IMG/VR virus record: IMGVR_UViG_3300003691_000007
Span: 1 to 53,734 of that record
Origin: a virus
Lineage: Duplodnaviria > Caudoviricetes
Reading direction: 5' to 3' (one strand)
Length of the DNA: 53,734 bases
This document shows positions 7,995-16,665 of the stretch, in pieces. A model generated the notes under the pieces. It saw nothing but the letters and a program-made list of their open reading frames with translations, did not search any database and was not told the origin of the DNA. The position numbers were made by a program, and so were the translations under genes. The stretch's first letter is position 1. Every line of letters starts with the position of its first letter.

Positions 7995-10900
7995 TTAAAG
8001 TGTTACATCAGCCTGTAGCTGTTCCTCTCCCATGTCGTACTTATAGAAAGTAACCCCATGCCATAGTCCGGTATATCCAGCCCCCCAAGGTCCAACCCTC
8101 CCCATGTGTAACTTGGTGCTGGCTGCGAAACCTTTATCACCAGTATAGGCAACAGGAGTATTTACCACTCCATTATACCCGACCTGAGTCTCCGATCCAT
8201 TCCAGCGCAACCCTGTCTTGAAAGGAAGAATAAAATCATTAACTCCGTCAATACCTAAAGATCTAGAGTAAGTAATGGGTGAGCCTGAATTAGAGAGTAT
8301 TTCTACTGTAGAAGCTATTTGGAGGCCGTGACCGTAAAAAGTACCTTCATCAGTGGAAAGCGGGTAAGACTTGCTTCCATGAGTACCATCAACGCCAAAC
8401 AACTTAAACTCACCTGTAAACCCTCCAGCATCATTAGTTATAAGATCATCCTTTTCCCCTTCCCAATAAGATTCATTACGAGTCTCACCACCTTTAATCA
8501 GGCCAGAGTTTACTCGCTCAGGGAATGTTTGATCTTTCTCAACCTGAACCCAATCTACGATGCAAGATGCCTCAGCGCCCGTGAGTGTTGACGTTACTAC
8601 TCCGGCATAGTTAAACAATGCTGGTGCTATCTTCATGTGTAAGTCCGTATACGCCACACCGATATCATCATAATTTAAAGTAACCTTCCACCAATCGCCC
8701 TCCCTATCTACCCGATACTTTCCATTTGTAATGGTATGCTCGTGCATACTCCCATCGTCTGTTGCAAGCCCAAGTATCATAAATTCTGTGCTGGTGCTTT
8801 TAAGGTAAATACCTACCCGCCTATACGTGTTTGTGTCAGCCTTTACAAAAACCGTTGCACCATGCTTTCTTCCAGCAATTACAACTATATTTGGAGCGTC
8901 AAAGGTGGCAATCCAGCTAGAATCATCATCCTGCATCCTCCACGCAGTATTTGGCTGGCCATCTATTCCTACCTCTGTCTGGTCAAGCTGGTGAGTGCCA
9001 AAGGCTGTCCACGTAGAGAAATCTCTATAATTCGCAGCAGCCACGGCATTTGTTCCCGCTCTCTGAGTAAGCAACCAAGGGTGGTCATCTAATGACGCAG
9101 GTAAAATATCTGAACCTACCGACTCAGTAACTATGTTACCGACAAATGTATTCCCGTTCTCTGTTGTGAACGTAGCTATTCCTGGCAGCGTCTTCTGTAC
9201 AGATAGTATCTCAATATCGTACGTGTCATTTGAAGATGCCTGTATTCTGACTTCATTTTTAGCATCAGGAATAAATACATTCTCTACAATAGTATCCTCG
9301 TTTAAATAACCTGAGCCGACTATATAAGCACCAAGACTTCCTGTTCTTATATACACGCCACCATTAACGTGATTAAACATTCTTACCCTCACATAGTACT
9401 CAACACCGTCCTCCCAATTAAATGTGGTGTAGCACTTTTTATAAGCACAATTAGTCGCGCTTAATATTCCTGCATTCTCTGTCCATCCTGCCTCAAGGGT
9501 CCAATCACCATTAGCAGGATGTGTCCATAGCTCTATCCCATCTGGCGCTCCATTTGGTACATACTCCGATGGATTTTGATCAACTTTCCCTGTGACATCC
9601 TCAATCATTAGGTTGTGAATGTTGCCAGTGATGACTATTGTTGTTGAGTTGGTACTATTTGCTGTGGTTGGTAGTCCTGTTGTCACCCTGTTAATGCCAT
9701 CGTTTGTTAAAGTGCTAAAGGAAAGACCACCTGACGTTCTAACTGTAGAGCCTGCCTCACCCTCCATTGTTAATACATATTCATTCCCAGCAATAGGAGT
9801 AAAGGACTGACCTTTAGGATGATTTGACCCAATAACAATGTTTTCAACTGTTCTACTTAAGTCAGAATTAACTACATTATTAACAACAACATTAGGGTTC
9901 TTTGTGTTGAACCATTTGTAGCCGGTGGTAAGAGACTGAACAGAAACAACCTCAACGTCCATGTGAATCGGTGTTCCTCCATTTTGAAATCTTATGTTAT
10001 TGGCAGAAGTGGCTGTAAACGTACCGCTGTACAGTCCATTTCCTGAACTGCCTATAACATTATTAATCATAGGCCCTCCATTGCCAGCTTGGACTGTAGT
10101 ATTTCCTGAAACATGATTCGTAACTAAAACCTCAACGAAATAAGAATCACCTTCTACCCAATCAAAGGGTACTTCAGCAGCCGACCACCCAAGGTTAGGG
10201 TCAGGGTAGTTGATAGTGGCTACGCCATTTAACGCTGTCCACACTAACTGTCCTGCAAATATCCAATCCCCATCCGGAGGGTTAGCCCATAGCTCTTTCC
10301 CATCGGCAGGGCCTACAGGAACATACTCGGCTGGGTTAGTGTTGGACTGGCCTGTTACATTCTCCACTAAGAGTTTCTGGAAATATACAGGCGTACTATC
10401 TCCATTGTTTTGGGAGACAACCATAGCCCGTAAAGTAGATATAGCAGCGCCGCTCGGCACAGTACCCGTGACGCTATACTTTACCCATTCTGTAGATAGT
10501 AGCTGCTGTGGGAAGTCTCCAATTATGGTATAAGGGGAAACTCCTAACTGTAACCTAAGCCCGCCTTTATTGGTTAGTAACTGGGCCGCATCCACCCGCA
10601 TCTCACAAGATATAGTAACAGTCATACCCTGTGAATCTGGAAGTCCAGCGCCAGAGTCTAAGAGAATACCTACATAGGTAGCAAAAGTATTAGCGTCCGA
10701 GGCGATAGAGTTATAAGTCTTTATAGGAGTTCCCGTGAAGGACACATTCTGCCACCCCGCACAGTCCTCGGAGTTATACCCTTTCCTGTGTATAAGGTTC
10801 TCAACCATTCTCCCGCCACGAAAGGGAGGAAGTTCGGCTGGTGATTCCACATATTTACCATCGTGATCCAGGACCATAACAGCCGAAGTGCCGGTGTACT

Positions 10901-11039
10901 CTACTTCATACAGCCCGGTCGAATCAAACAAATCTTTCTCTAAAGGGAAGTAAACCTTTGTTAATGCCTCGGCATCCTCACTAAACAATGCACCCCTCAG
11001 TACGTTGCTTATTACGTTTGATAATACGTTTCTAATCAT
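7995..11039 (-). CDS. Fibre/spike protein with carbohydrate-binding-like repeats (head-spike-fibre-like)
   Basis: 1014 aa, beta-rich; duplicated ENVTG..NPxEYVP.G..DG.ELW..P..GDW module; head-fibre-type motifs (PPFRGGRMVENL, LLTQRAGTN, GIDG, DWVQVEK). Confidence 0.7.
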   Translation of the reverse strand: MIRNVLSNVISNVLRGALFSEDAEALTKVYFPLEKDLFDSTGLYEVEYTGTSAVMVLDHDGKYVESPAELPPFRGGRMVENLIHRKGYNSEDCAGWQNVSFTGTPIKTYNSIASDANTFATYVGILLDSGAGLPDSQGMTVTISCEMRVDAAQLLTNKGGLRLQLGVSPYTIIGDFPQQLLSTEWVKYSVTGTVPSGAAISTLRAMVVSQNNGDSTPVYFQKLLVENVTGQSNTNPAEYVPVGPADGKELWANPPDGDWIFAGQLVWTALNGVATINYPDPNLGWSAAEVPFDWVEGDSYFVEVLVTNHVSGNTTVQAGNGGPMINNVIGSSGNGLYSGTFTATSANNIRFQNGGTPIHMDVEVVSVQSLTTGYKWFNTKNPNVVVNNVVNSDLSRTVENIVIGSNHPKGQSFTPIAGNEYVLTMEGEAGSTVRTSGGLSFSTLTNDGINRVTTGLPTTANSTNSTTIVITGNIHNLMIEDVTGKVDQNPSEYVPNGAPDGIELWTHPANGDWTLEAGWTENAGILSATNCAYKKCYTTFNWEDGVEYYVRVRMFNHVNGGVYIRTGSLGAYIVGSGYLNEDTIVENVFIPDAKNEVRIQASSNDTYDIEILSVQKTLPGIATFTTENGNTFVGNIVTESVGSDILPASLDDHPWLLTQRAGTNAVAAANYRDFSTWTAFGTHQLDQTEVGIDGQPNTAWRMQDDDSSWIATFDAPNIVVIAGRKHGATVFVKADTNTYRRVGIYLKSTSTEFMILGLATDDGSMHEHTITNGKYRVDREGDWWKVTLNYDDIGVAYTDLHMKIAPALFNYAGVVTSTLTGAEASCIVDWVQVEKDQTFPERVNSGLIKGGETRNESYWEGEKDDLITNDAGGFTGEFKLFGVDGTHGSKSYPLSTDEGTFYGHGLQIASTVEILSNSGSPITYSRSLGIDGVNDFILPFKTGLRWNGSETQVGYNGVVNTPVAYTGDKGFAASTKLHMGRVGPWGAGYTGLWHGVTFYKYDMGEEQLQADVTL

Positions 11040-11281
11040 TGATCCGTCCAGGTTGTTTTGATAGTCGCTTCAAGTTCTTCTGATCGCGCCTGTCTGCGAA
11101 TGGATAATACCTTGAGCTTGCTCATTGTCGTTTCATTCAAGCACAAGAGCTCATTTTTGGCTATTTTGGGGTAAATTCGGTAATCTGGTGGCAATTCCAA
11201 TGGAACCTGCCTATATTCAACTTTTGTAAAGCAGCCAGTTAAGCTACTCAAAATGACTATAATCAGGGTTAACTTCTGCAT
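11036..11281 (-). CDS. o-spanin (Rz1-like lipoprotein)
   Basis: 81 aa; signal peptide with LTGC lipobox, Pro-rich start; overlaps the i-spanin 3' end. Confidence 0.75.
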   Translation of the reverse strand: MQKLTLIIVILSSLTGCFTKVEYRQVPLELPPDYRIYPKIAKNELLCLNETTMSKLKVLSIRRQARSEELEATIKTTWTDQ

Positions 11282-11501
11282 CTTTCACCTCCGCGGCCTC
11301 TTTCTTTCGTACTTCTTCAACGGCCTTATTCACTTTTGCTCTTGAGCCGCGCTCGATAGCATCATTTGTTACCTGGCGCTCAAGTTTATTAATCTTCCGG
11401 GTTCTAAGTTTCGACCAAATAGCAAGGCCACTCACCAATACAGCAAGTATCCCAGCGCCAATGAGCTTTGCTTTACTCAGTAACAGGTTCAATAGTTTCA
11501 T
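11244..11501 (-). CDS. i-spanin (Rz-like)
   Basis: 85 aa; single N-terminal TM followed by coiled coil; in lysis cassette. Confidence 0.7.
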   Translation of the reverse strand: MKLLNLLLSKAKLIGAGILAVLVSGLAIWSKLRTRKINKLERQVTNDAIERGSRAKVNKAVEEVRKKEAAEVKDAEVNPDYSHFE

Positions 11502-11694
11502 GTGTAATAAACCTCAAATAAATGTTAATCATGCTTGTTGATAATGCCAGGGTAAACATGACGTAAATATAAGCATCATCGCCCATAGTGCTTTTAAGCA
11601 TCGGGAACACCAGTTCAACGGCTGCAATTATCGCTGCAAGTACTGGCATGAACGCATTAAATCGAATTGTTCTTGATTCTGACCATTTTTTCAT
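11473..11694 (-). CDS. Holin (2 TM)
   Basis: 73 aa; KKWxxSRTIxFN start, two hydrophobic helices, LRFIT end; next to the endolysin. Confidence 0.75.
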   Translation of the reverse strand: MKKWSESRTIRFNAFMPVLAAIIAAVELVFPMLKSTMGDDAYIYVMFTLALSTSMINIYLRFITHETIEPVTE

Positions 11695-11696
11695 AG

Positions 11697-12002
11697 TTAT
11701 ATACTCTTCGGATCGTATTCAACGTGGATATGTGTCTTGTGTATAATCACTTGGTAACCAAGACCAAGCACATTTGATAGCTTTTCCGCTGCTTCAAAAA
11801 TTTGAGAGTCAGAAAAATACCGCGTCCTTAGATCAACTGCCATTCCGTAGTAGTGAAAACTCCACTTTGAATGATCTCCGTCTAACCCCGCAGTAACTAC
11901 AAGCTCCTCACCCAGTTCACGCCATATCCTATCAGCCTGGATAAGAACCTTACGCATTTTAATGTTAATGCCCCTAATGTTTACACCATCTTTAATCTTC
12001 AA
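11697..12002 (-). CDS. Endolysin, Zn peptidase M15 (LAS) family
   Basis: 101 aa; SFHYYGMAVD (Hx6D) and HIHVEY (HxH) Zn ligands. Confidence 0.85.
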   Translation of the reverse strand: MKIKDGVNIRGINIKMRKVLIQADRIWRELGEELVVTAGLDGDHSKWSFHYYGMAVDLRTRYFSDSQIFEAAEKLSNVLGLGYQVIIHKTHIHVEYDPKSI

Positions 12003-12472
12003 TCTCTCTCTCCCTTATATATACCACAAGCAATAAGACCTTCTTCAGTCTTCCTTACTCTTGTTTCTAATTTTTCCGAGCGCTCTTCGGACCTGTTCAT
12101 GTGTTCCGTCAGGCCCTTTAATTCGTGCATAACAGGATCAAACCCTGCTTTTATAGCCTTTTCCACATCATCTTTCGTTGTTACAGTTAGTTGAAGTGCA
12201 TGAACCTCGCCTAAAACCTTTTGTATTTCATTCATAACATGATGGTTTTTGTCTCTATGTTCCCGGTCCACTCGTTCGGACCTATCAATCGCTTCAGTAT
12301 GCTTTCGGTCAATCTTGTCGTGGATAGAGTCTTTAAGCTCTGAAACTTTACCGGAGTTCATAGCATCTCCATCTTCTATTTTCTTGTGTATTCGCCTGTT
12401 TGTAGCGAGCCATCCGACTGTTGCAGCTAAAATCCATCCGCTGACTATCGATAACCAGTGCTGTATTTCCAT
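11999..12472 (-). CDS. Single-TM coiled-coil membrane protein (holin/antiholin-like)
   Basis: 157 aa; N-terminal TM then charged coiled coil; ATGA-type overlap with the endolysin. Confidence 0.6.
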   Translation of the reverse strand: MEIQHWLSIVSGWILAATVGWLATNRRIHKKIEDGDAMNSGKVSELKDSIHDKIDRKHTEAIDRSERVDREHRDKNHHVMNEIQKVLGEVHALQLTVTTKDDVEKAIKAGFDPVMHELKGLTEHMNRSEERSEKLETRVRKTEEGLIACGIYKGERD

Positions 12473-12474
12473 GC

Positions 12475-13197
12475 CTATTCACCACAGCCTTCATCTGCCG
12501 GATCACATGGCAAATAGTTTATATCATCTGAGTCTTGCCGGCCTGAGTTACTGTTATCAACATCATCAGAGTCTATCCTGCCTGAATTGATTGTCGTGCC
12601 ATCGCCTGATCTATCACCGTCACCATTGTTGTCACCTATCACATAACCGTCACCGTAAGTAACGTCCTCGCTTGATGTGTCACCCAGGTTCCCGCCTACG
12701 GTAAGCACAGAGCTTGTGTTGCTTGTTGTGTTGACTGAGTTATCGGTGTCACCATAATTGCCGCTGACAATAAATGATGTACTCGATGATGTATCCATTC
12801 CCGCAATTGTATTAGCAACACCAACGATTGTTCGTTCTGTTGATTCTACGGAGACTTTACTTGTGAAGAAATTTGTAACGAGTCCAGCATAAGGAGTAAG
12901 TACTTTTATTGCCTGAACGTAAGGATTTTGCTTTTGTACGGGCCTGGGAATGGCTTGAGCTGGCGCATTATTGCCACCACACGACACAGAGAGCGATTCC
13001 ATCCCTGAAATAGTCAATGTTTCTCCAGGTTTAGCCTTTAGTTCAAAACATGGCCTTGATGCCAGTTCAAACGCTCGCGCCTGATTCCTTTCGTAAACTA
13101 CGAGAGATTCCTTGTAGTTCGGGTCAATCCTTTCCTGGGTGCTAGAACACCCGGCCAGAATAAATGCAGCTAATATTAAGAGAATTGTTGATCTCAT
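12475..13197 (-). CDS. Lipoprotein with acidic Gly/Asp/Asn-rich C-terminus
   Basis: Start moved to ATG 13197 (GAGGTCAGGAAA SD); MRSTILLILAAFILAGC lipobox; 240 aa. Confidence 0.75.
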   Translation of the reverse strand: MRSTILLILAAFILAGCSSTQERIDPNYKESLVVYERNQARAFELASRPCFELKAKPGETLTISGMESLSVSCGGNNAPAQAIPRPVQKQNPYVQAIKVLTPYAGLVTNFFTSKVSVESTERTIVGVANTIAGMDTSSSTSFIVSGNYGDTDNSVNTTSNTSSVLTVGGNLGDTSSEDVTYGDGYVIGDNNGDGDRSGDGTTINSGRIDSDDVDNSNSGRQDSDDINYLPCDPADEGCGE

Positions 13198-13231
13198 TTT
13201 CCTGACCTCGGATTGTTTTATTGTACCGCTA

Positions 13232-13260
13232 ATTCTACAGTGCGAGGCATTTTGCCGCAA
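13232..13260 (-). promoter_or_regulatory. Candidate sigma70 late promoter
   Basis: TTGCGG-17 bp-TAGAAT upstream of the first late gene. Confidence 0.55.
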
Positions 13261-13373
13261 ACAGTCGGAGATTTATTGAAATACGCCTTAAAATATCCCA
13301 TTGTGGGTATTAAATGTTTCCGGTAACGTCTATATTATGGACCTATATTAAACGAACACCCAGGAGCGCCAGC

Positions 13374-13613
13374 ATGAAAATAGATTACCAACTTTGTTCA
13401 GAAGAAGTTAAAGGCCAAGAACCTTTGCTTGTGCTGAATAATATCGAGTACCACAGTTTGAATGGCCACATTATAGCCATATCACACAATTTGAAGAAGG
13501 CACGACACATGCACTGTAAATCAATCGATAATGTTATTAAAACAGGTCAGTACGCATTGATTGAGTTGCGCGGCAGCATGTGTCAGGCATTTTTAAGAGA
13601 CTATCCAGGTTGA
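13374..13613 (+). CDS. Hypothetical protein
   Basis: Start moved to ATG 13374 (CAGGAG SD); 79 aa. Confidence 0.65.
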   Translation: MKIDYQLCSEEVKGQEPLLVLNNIEYHSLNGHIIAISHNLKKARHMHCKSIDNVIKTGQYALIELRGSMCQAFLRDYPG

Positions 13614-13623
13614 GGGAAATACA

Positions 13624-13836
13624 ATGACTAACTTTACAGAAACAGCAAAAAAAATAGCCTTGGAAATAATTGAAGAAATTAAGCAAGGTGGAAGCGATGA
13701 TTTAAGCGAGATGCTATTAAGTGTTAAATCTCATGCTTATGAAATAAATAACAAACACGATGAAGAATTGTCGGGCGAGGTTTTGTCCGAAATTTTCAGA
13801 TTATGTTCAATTAAATTAACTGCTACAGACAAGTAA
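13624..13836 (+). CDS. Small acidic helical hypothetical protein
   Basis: 70 aa; GAGGG SD. Confidence 0.7.
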   Translation: MTNFTETAKKIALEIIEEIKQGGSDDLSEMLLSVKSHAYEINNKHDEELSGEVLSEIFRLCSIKLTATDK

Positions 13837-13929
13837 AGTGCCACTCTCAAGCAAACATAGGCAAACAGCCCTAAAAAATGTGTAAGGATAAGCTGAAGGA
13901 AATGAATCTTAAATAATATAGTAAAACGC

Positions 13930-13958
13930 TTTACGTTAAATATATAGCGTGGTACTAT
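13930..13958 (+). promoter_or_regulatory. Strong-looking sigma70 promoter
   Basis: TTTACG-17 bp-TACTAT with extended -10 TG and AT-rich upstream DNA. Confidence 0.65.
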
Positions 13959-13995
13959 AGATTTACTGAAACAAACAACAGAAAAGGCCAGAAAA

Positions 13996-14541
13996 ATGAT
14001 TACATCTAACTTTATATACGGAACAGCGGCAAATAACATGCACGGTGATTTAAACGAAGCGATAGAAGCGAATGTCTTAACAGAAAAAGAAGTTAGCGCT
14101 TATCTCAGCATATCAAGTTGTATAATGAATGGAAAAATATACAAAGACGAATATCCAGAGTTGATACAATTTAAACTTGATGAGTTCTTCAAAAGAGACG
14201 TTCTCGACTATGAAGACTTTTCTAGAAAATGCAAAGAACTTAGCGGCGACAAGGATGTAACCGTTTGCAATCCTGATCTTTTTGGTTCTGGAAGGCGCTG
14301 TTATTATACAAATGATGGAAAAACGATTGAAGTTAGTTTTGTAAGCAGGTTTGAAAAAAAAGAACTAAGACCTCACGCGAGAACTCTTACTGAATATATC
14401 GGCGAGGAGTTTAACGGCTCGCAAAAGTCCTTTGCTTCCGCTCAAAAAGTTCAACCGCCCCAAGTCACACAATGGCTAGATAAGAAATTCATTGTTGTAA
14501 ATGATGTACTTTATAGTGAAAGACGTGAACTTGTGAAATAA
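13996..14541 (+). CDS. Protein with C-terminal Cro-like HTH
   Basis: 181 aa; LTEYIGEEFNGSQKSFASAQKVQPPQVTQWL fits an HTH; N-terminal domain unrecognised. Confidence 0.65.
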   Translation: MITSNFIYGTAANNMHGDLNEAIEANVLTEKEVSAYLSISSCIMNGKIYKDEYPELIQFKLDEFFKRDVLDYEDFSRKCKELSGDKDVTVCNPDLFGSGRRCYYTNDGKTIEVSFVSRFEKKELRPHARTLTEYIGEEFNGSQKSFASAQKVQPPQVTQWLDKKFIVVNDVLYSERRELVK

Positions 14542-14557
14542 ATGTGAATAATTTTGC

Positions 14558-14585
14558 CCCGGAATCATTAAGGTTCCGGGATTTA
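14558..14585 (+). terminator. Stem-loop, possible weak terminator
   Basis: CCCGGAATC-ATTAA-GGTTCCGGG followed by ATTTA. Confidence 0.5.
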
Positions 14586-14621
14586 ACCCAAAACTTACTT
14601 TAATTAACAAGAGAAATAATC

Positions 14622-14894
14622 ATGAATATATCATTAAACCTCGAATCTACAAGCATACAGGCGCTTACTGAAGAGTTATGTGTTAAGACAGCAGATGATA
14701 ACATTGTCGGCTATATTAACGTCACAATGCCTGAAACTAGCATTACTGACAGTGATAATGTTAAGTCTTTAGTAAGAAAGATTAACAATGTAACTAACTT
14801 AGTCTGTAGTGCAATAACCATTAGCACTGATGATACTTCGGATATCTTAACAGCCCTGGTAGAGTTGGTGAATGAGGTGAAGGCATATGAATAA
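14622..14894 (+). CDS. Hypothetical protein
   Basis: 90 aa, acidic; coupled to the next ORF. Confidence 0.65.
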   Translation: MNISLNLESTSIQALTEELCVKTADDNIVGYINVTMPETSITDSDNVKSLVRKINNVTNLVCSAITISTDDTSDILTALVELVNEVKAYE

Positions 14895-15084
14895 TGCAAT
14901 CTTACTGAAAGTTGAAGTTAGCGACCGCGATTCTGGCGATGTGGTTAGTGCTGCGGAGTATAAAGCGGCTGCAATCTCTTTGCTTGATTCTATTACTGAC
15001 GATATGCTTTTATCTGACGAGCCGTTTATTGTTTTCACCACTCCCAATAAGAAGGTTATCGGATTTGTGGAGAGTTTGCCATGA
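14887..15084 (+). CDS. Hypothetical protein
   Basis: 65 aa; GAGGTGAAGG SD. Confidence 0.65.
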   Translation: MNNAILLKVEVSDRDSGDVVSAAEYKAAAISLLDSITDDMLLSDEPFIVFTTPNKKVIGFVESLP

Positions 15085-15257
15085 ACTCTTATCGAGTAGT
15101 TGATAAGACGGCAGCCGCGTCTTACAAAGATTATCCTGGCTACAAGCAGTTTTTCATTATCAACGGCAATGACAATGTGATTCACTCTACATACAACACA
15201 CTCAAAGAGGCGCTTAATGTTGCCTTTGAATTAAATCTAAAGGAACAAATGCAATGA
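15081..15257 (+). CDS. Hypothetical protein (58 aa, not in ORF track)
   Basis: ATGA overlaps at both ends; GGAG SD; MNSYRVVDKT...KEQMQ. Confidence 0.7.
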   Translation: MNSYRVVDKTAAASYKDYPGYKQFFIINGNDNVIHSTYNTLKEALNVAFELNLKEQMQ

Positions 15258-15751
15258 CAAATACTAACATAAAAGACGATGGTTCGCACCCAACTCACGC
15301 GATACTAAATGAGATATCTCAGTTATCACAATCAATATTTCTCGATGTTTTTCCCAATGGCCACTTTGAATCCGTTGTACGTGAATCATTTACGCCAGGC
15401 CTGACATTAGTGCTTAGATTGTTCTCTGTTAAGGACGTTACACAACTCCAGGGCCGGAGAAGACTAAACGACCCAATGAGGTTTGTTATCTCTGTACGCA
15501 TTGTAAACGATCAAATTCAGTCAAAGTTAATCAGTGGTGGAATATCTAAGATCAATGATCTATCGGATATCGGCTTTATTCGTGAGCCTGACTCTTTTAA
15601 AGCCGGCAAAACATCGAGCATGGAAAGATACGCCAAGATATTCCGAACAAGTGTTGAATCGATGCGCTGTAACTTCCTTAACGCCTACTTAGAAAATGCT
15701 TTGTTTGATAGCGAAAGGTTTGATTCTAAATATTTTATCGAGGAGATATAA
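15254..15751 (+). CDS. Hypothetical protein
   Basis: 165 aa; AAGGA SD; coupled to neighbours. Confidence 0.7.
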   Translation: MTNTNIKDDGSHPTHAILNEISQLSQSIFLDVFPNGHFESVVRESFTPGLTLVLRLFSVKDVTQLQGRRRLNDPMRFVISVRIVNDQIQSKLISGGISKINDLSDIGFIREPDSFKAGKTSSMERYAKIFRTSVESMRCNFLNAYLENALFDSERFDSKYFIEEI

Positions 15752-15897
15752 TGAAATCATCTGAAAGAGTTAAGAAATTCCGTGAGATAAAGGAAAAACA
15801 CGGCATGAAGCGCCACGAAATCTATTTAAGGAAAGGTGAGATACAGAAAGTAAGAGCATACGTTGAACAGCTTAGACTTGCGGGAACCGAAAAATAG
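15751..15897 (+). CDS. Small basic, probably DNA-binding protein (48 aa, not in ORF track)
   Basis: GAGGAG SD, TAATG overlap; MKSSERVKKFREIKEKHGMKRHEIYL resembles ERVxxxR...G.xR.Ei ribbon-helix-helix-type proteins. Confidence 0.7.
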   Translation: MKSSERVKKFREIKEKHGMKRHEIYLRKGEIQKVRAYVEQLRLAGTEK

Positions 15898-16339
15898 CTT
15901 TATTATTGTGGCTCAAAGTATTACCCCTAAGTTCTGCTTTGCACTCAGAAAACCCCCGGCCCCCAGCTGGGGTTTTTTTTGCCCCGCGTTCTTCAGGAGA
16001 GATATAACAAAACAACACATCAAGGGCTTGTTCAGCTCCACGACATACCTCAACTCTATTGCCTTCCGCTCTAAGACTTTCAATTACTATCTTCTGATCG
16101 TCGCTAACAGTACCACCGCTCTTTACTTTCATTTCTATGTACAGAGAATGATAACCGCCCCGCGATACTGGTAAACACAAATCAGGCATACCGGCTAATA
16201 AACCTTCGTTCACTAATTGCCGGCCTTTACCTCTTTTACCACCATTAGGTATGGCGTATATCTTATTTAGCGTGGGTAAAGCGCGGCAAGCTTTAACAAC
16301 AATGTTTTGTTCCTGCCGCTCAGTTAGTTCAGCCTTCAT
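15872..16339 (-). CDS. VRR-NUC domain nuclease (Holliday junction resolvase-like)
   Basis: YAIPNGG.R, GMPDL, LYIEMK, SDDQK PD-(D/E)xK motifs. Confidence 0.9.
   Translation of the reverse strand: MKAELTERQEQNIVVKACRALPTLNKIYAIPNGGKRGKGRQLVNEGLLAGMPDLCLPVSRGGYHSLYIEMKVKSGGTVSDDQKIVIESLRAEGNRVEVCRGAEQALDVLFCYISPEERGAKKTPAGGRGFSECKAELRGNTLSHNNKAIFRFPQV
15949..15980 (+). terminator. Rho-independent terminator of the rightward cassette
   Basis: CCCCGGC-CCCCA-GCTGGGG followed by T8; A4 on the left suggests partial bidirectionality. Confidence 0.8.
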
Positions 16340-16665
16340 CTTTTCTCGCCTTCAATGGTCAGTATGTAGTTTTCCCATAACAGGACCATTGTTCTTTTCA
16401 TGCCGATATGAAAGTACTCAAACATTTCACTCTTACTTATGCCGTGGCTATTATTCCTACCATCAAAAGCATCATGACATTCTGAACACATGTAGCACAC
16501 GAAAAGATCATGGCTCTTTAACCCTGTTCCTTTGCCATCGTGTAAGTATCCACTGTGAGCAGCGACCGTTGTCTTCGGATCAGAATTGCAAATGCCTGGC
16601 AGGTTCATTTGACAGTTCTGGCCCTTTGCGAATTTGAGTAACGTCCTACTTCTTATCATCATCAT
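16336..16665 (-). CDS. DUF1364/YbcO-like Zn-binding putative nuclease
   Basis: AKGQNCQMNLPGICN...TTVAAH...G.GLKSHD...CSECHDAFDGR. Confidence 0.85.
   Translation of the reverse strand: MMMIRSRTLLKFAKGQNCQMNLPGICNSDPKTTVAAHSGYLHDGKGTGLKSHDLFVCYMCSECHDAFDGRNNSHGISKSEMFEYFHIGMKRTMVLLWENYILTIEGEKR

Noticed and set aside
7995-11039. Diversity-generating retroelement or invertible fibre cassette
   Set aside because: No reverse transcriptase or invertase; the internal repeat is diverged at all positions, not adenine-specific.
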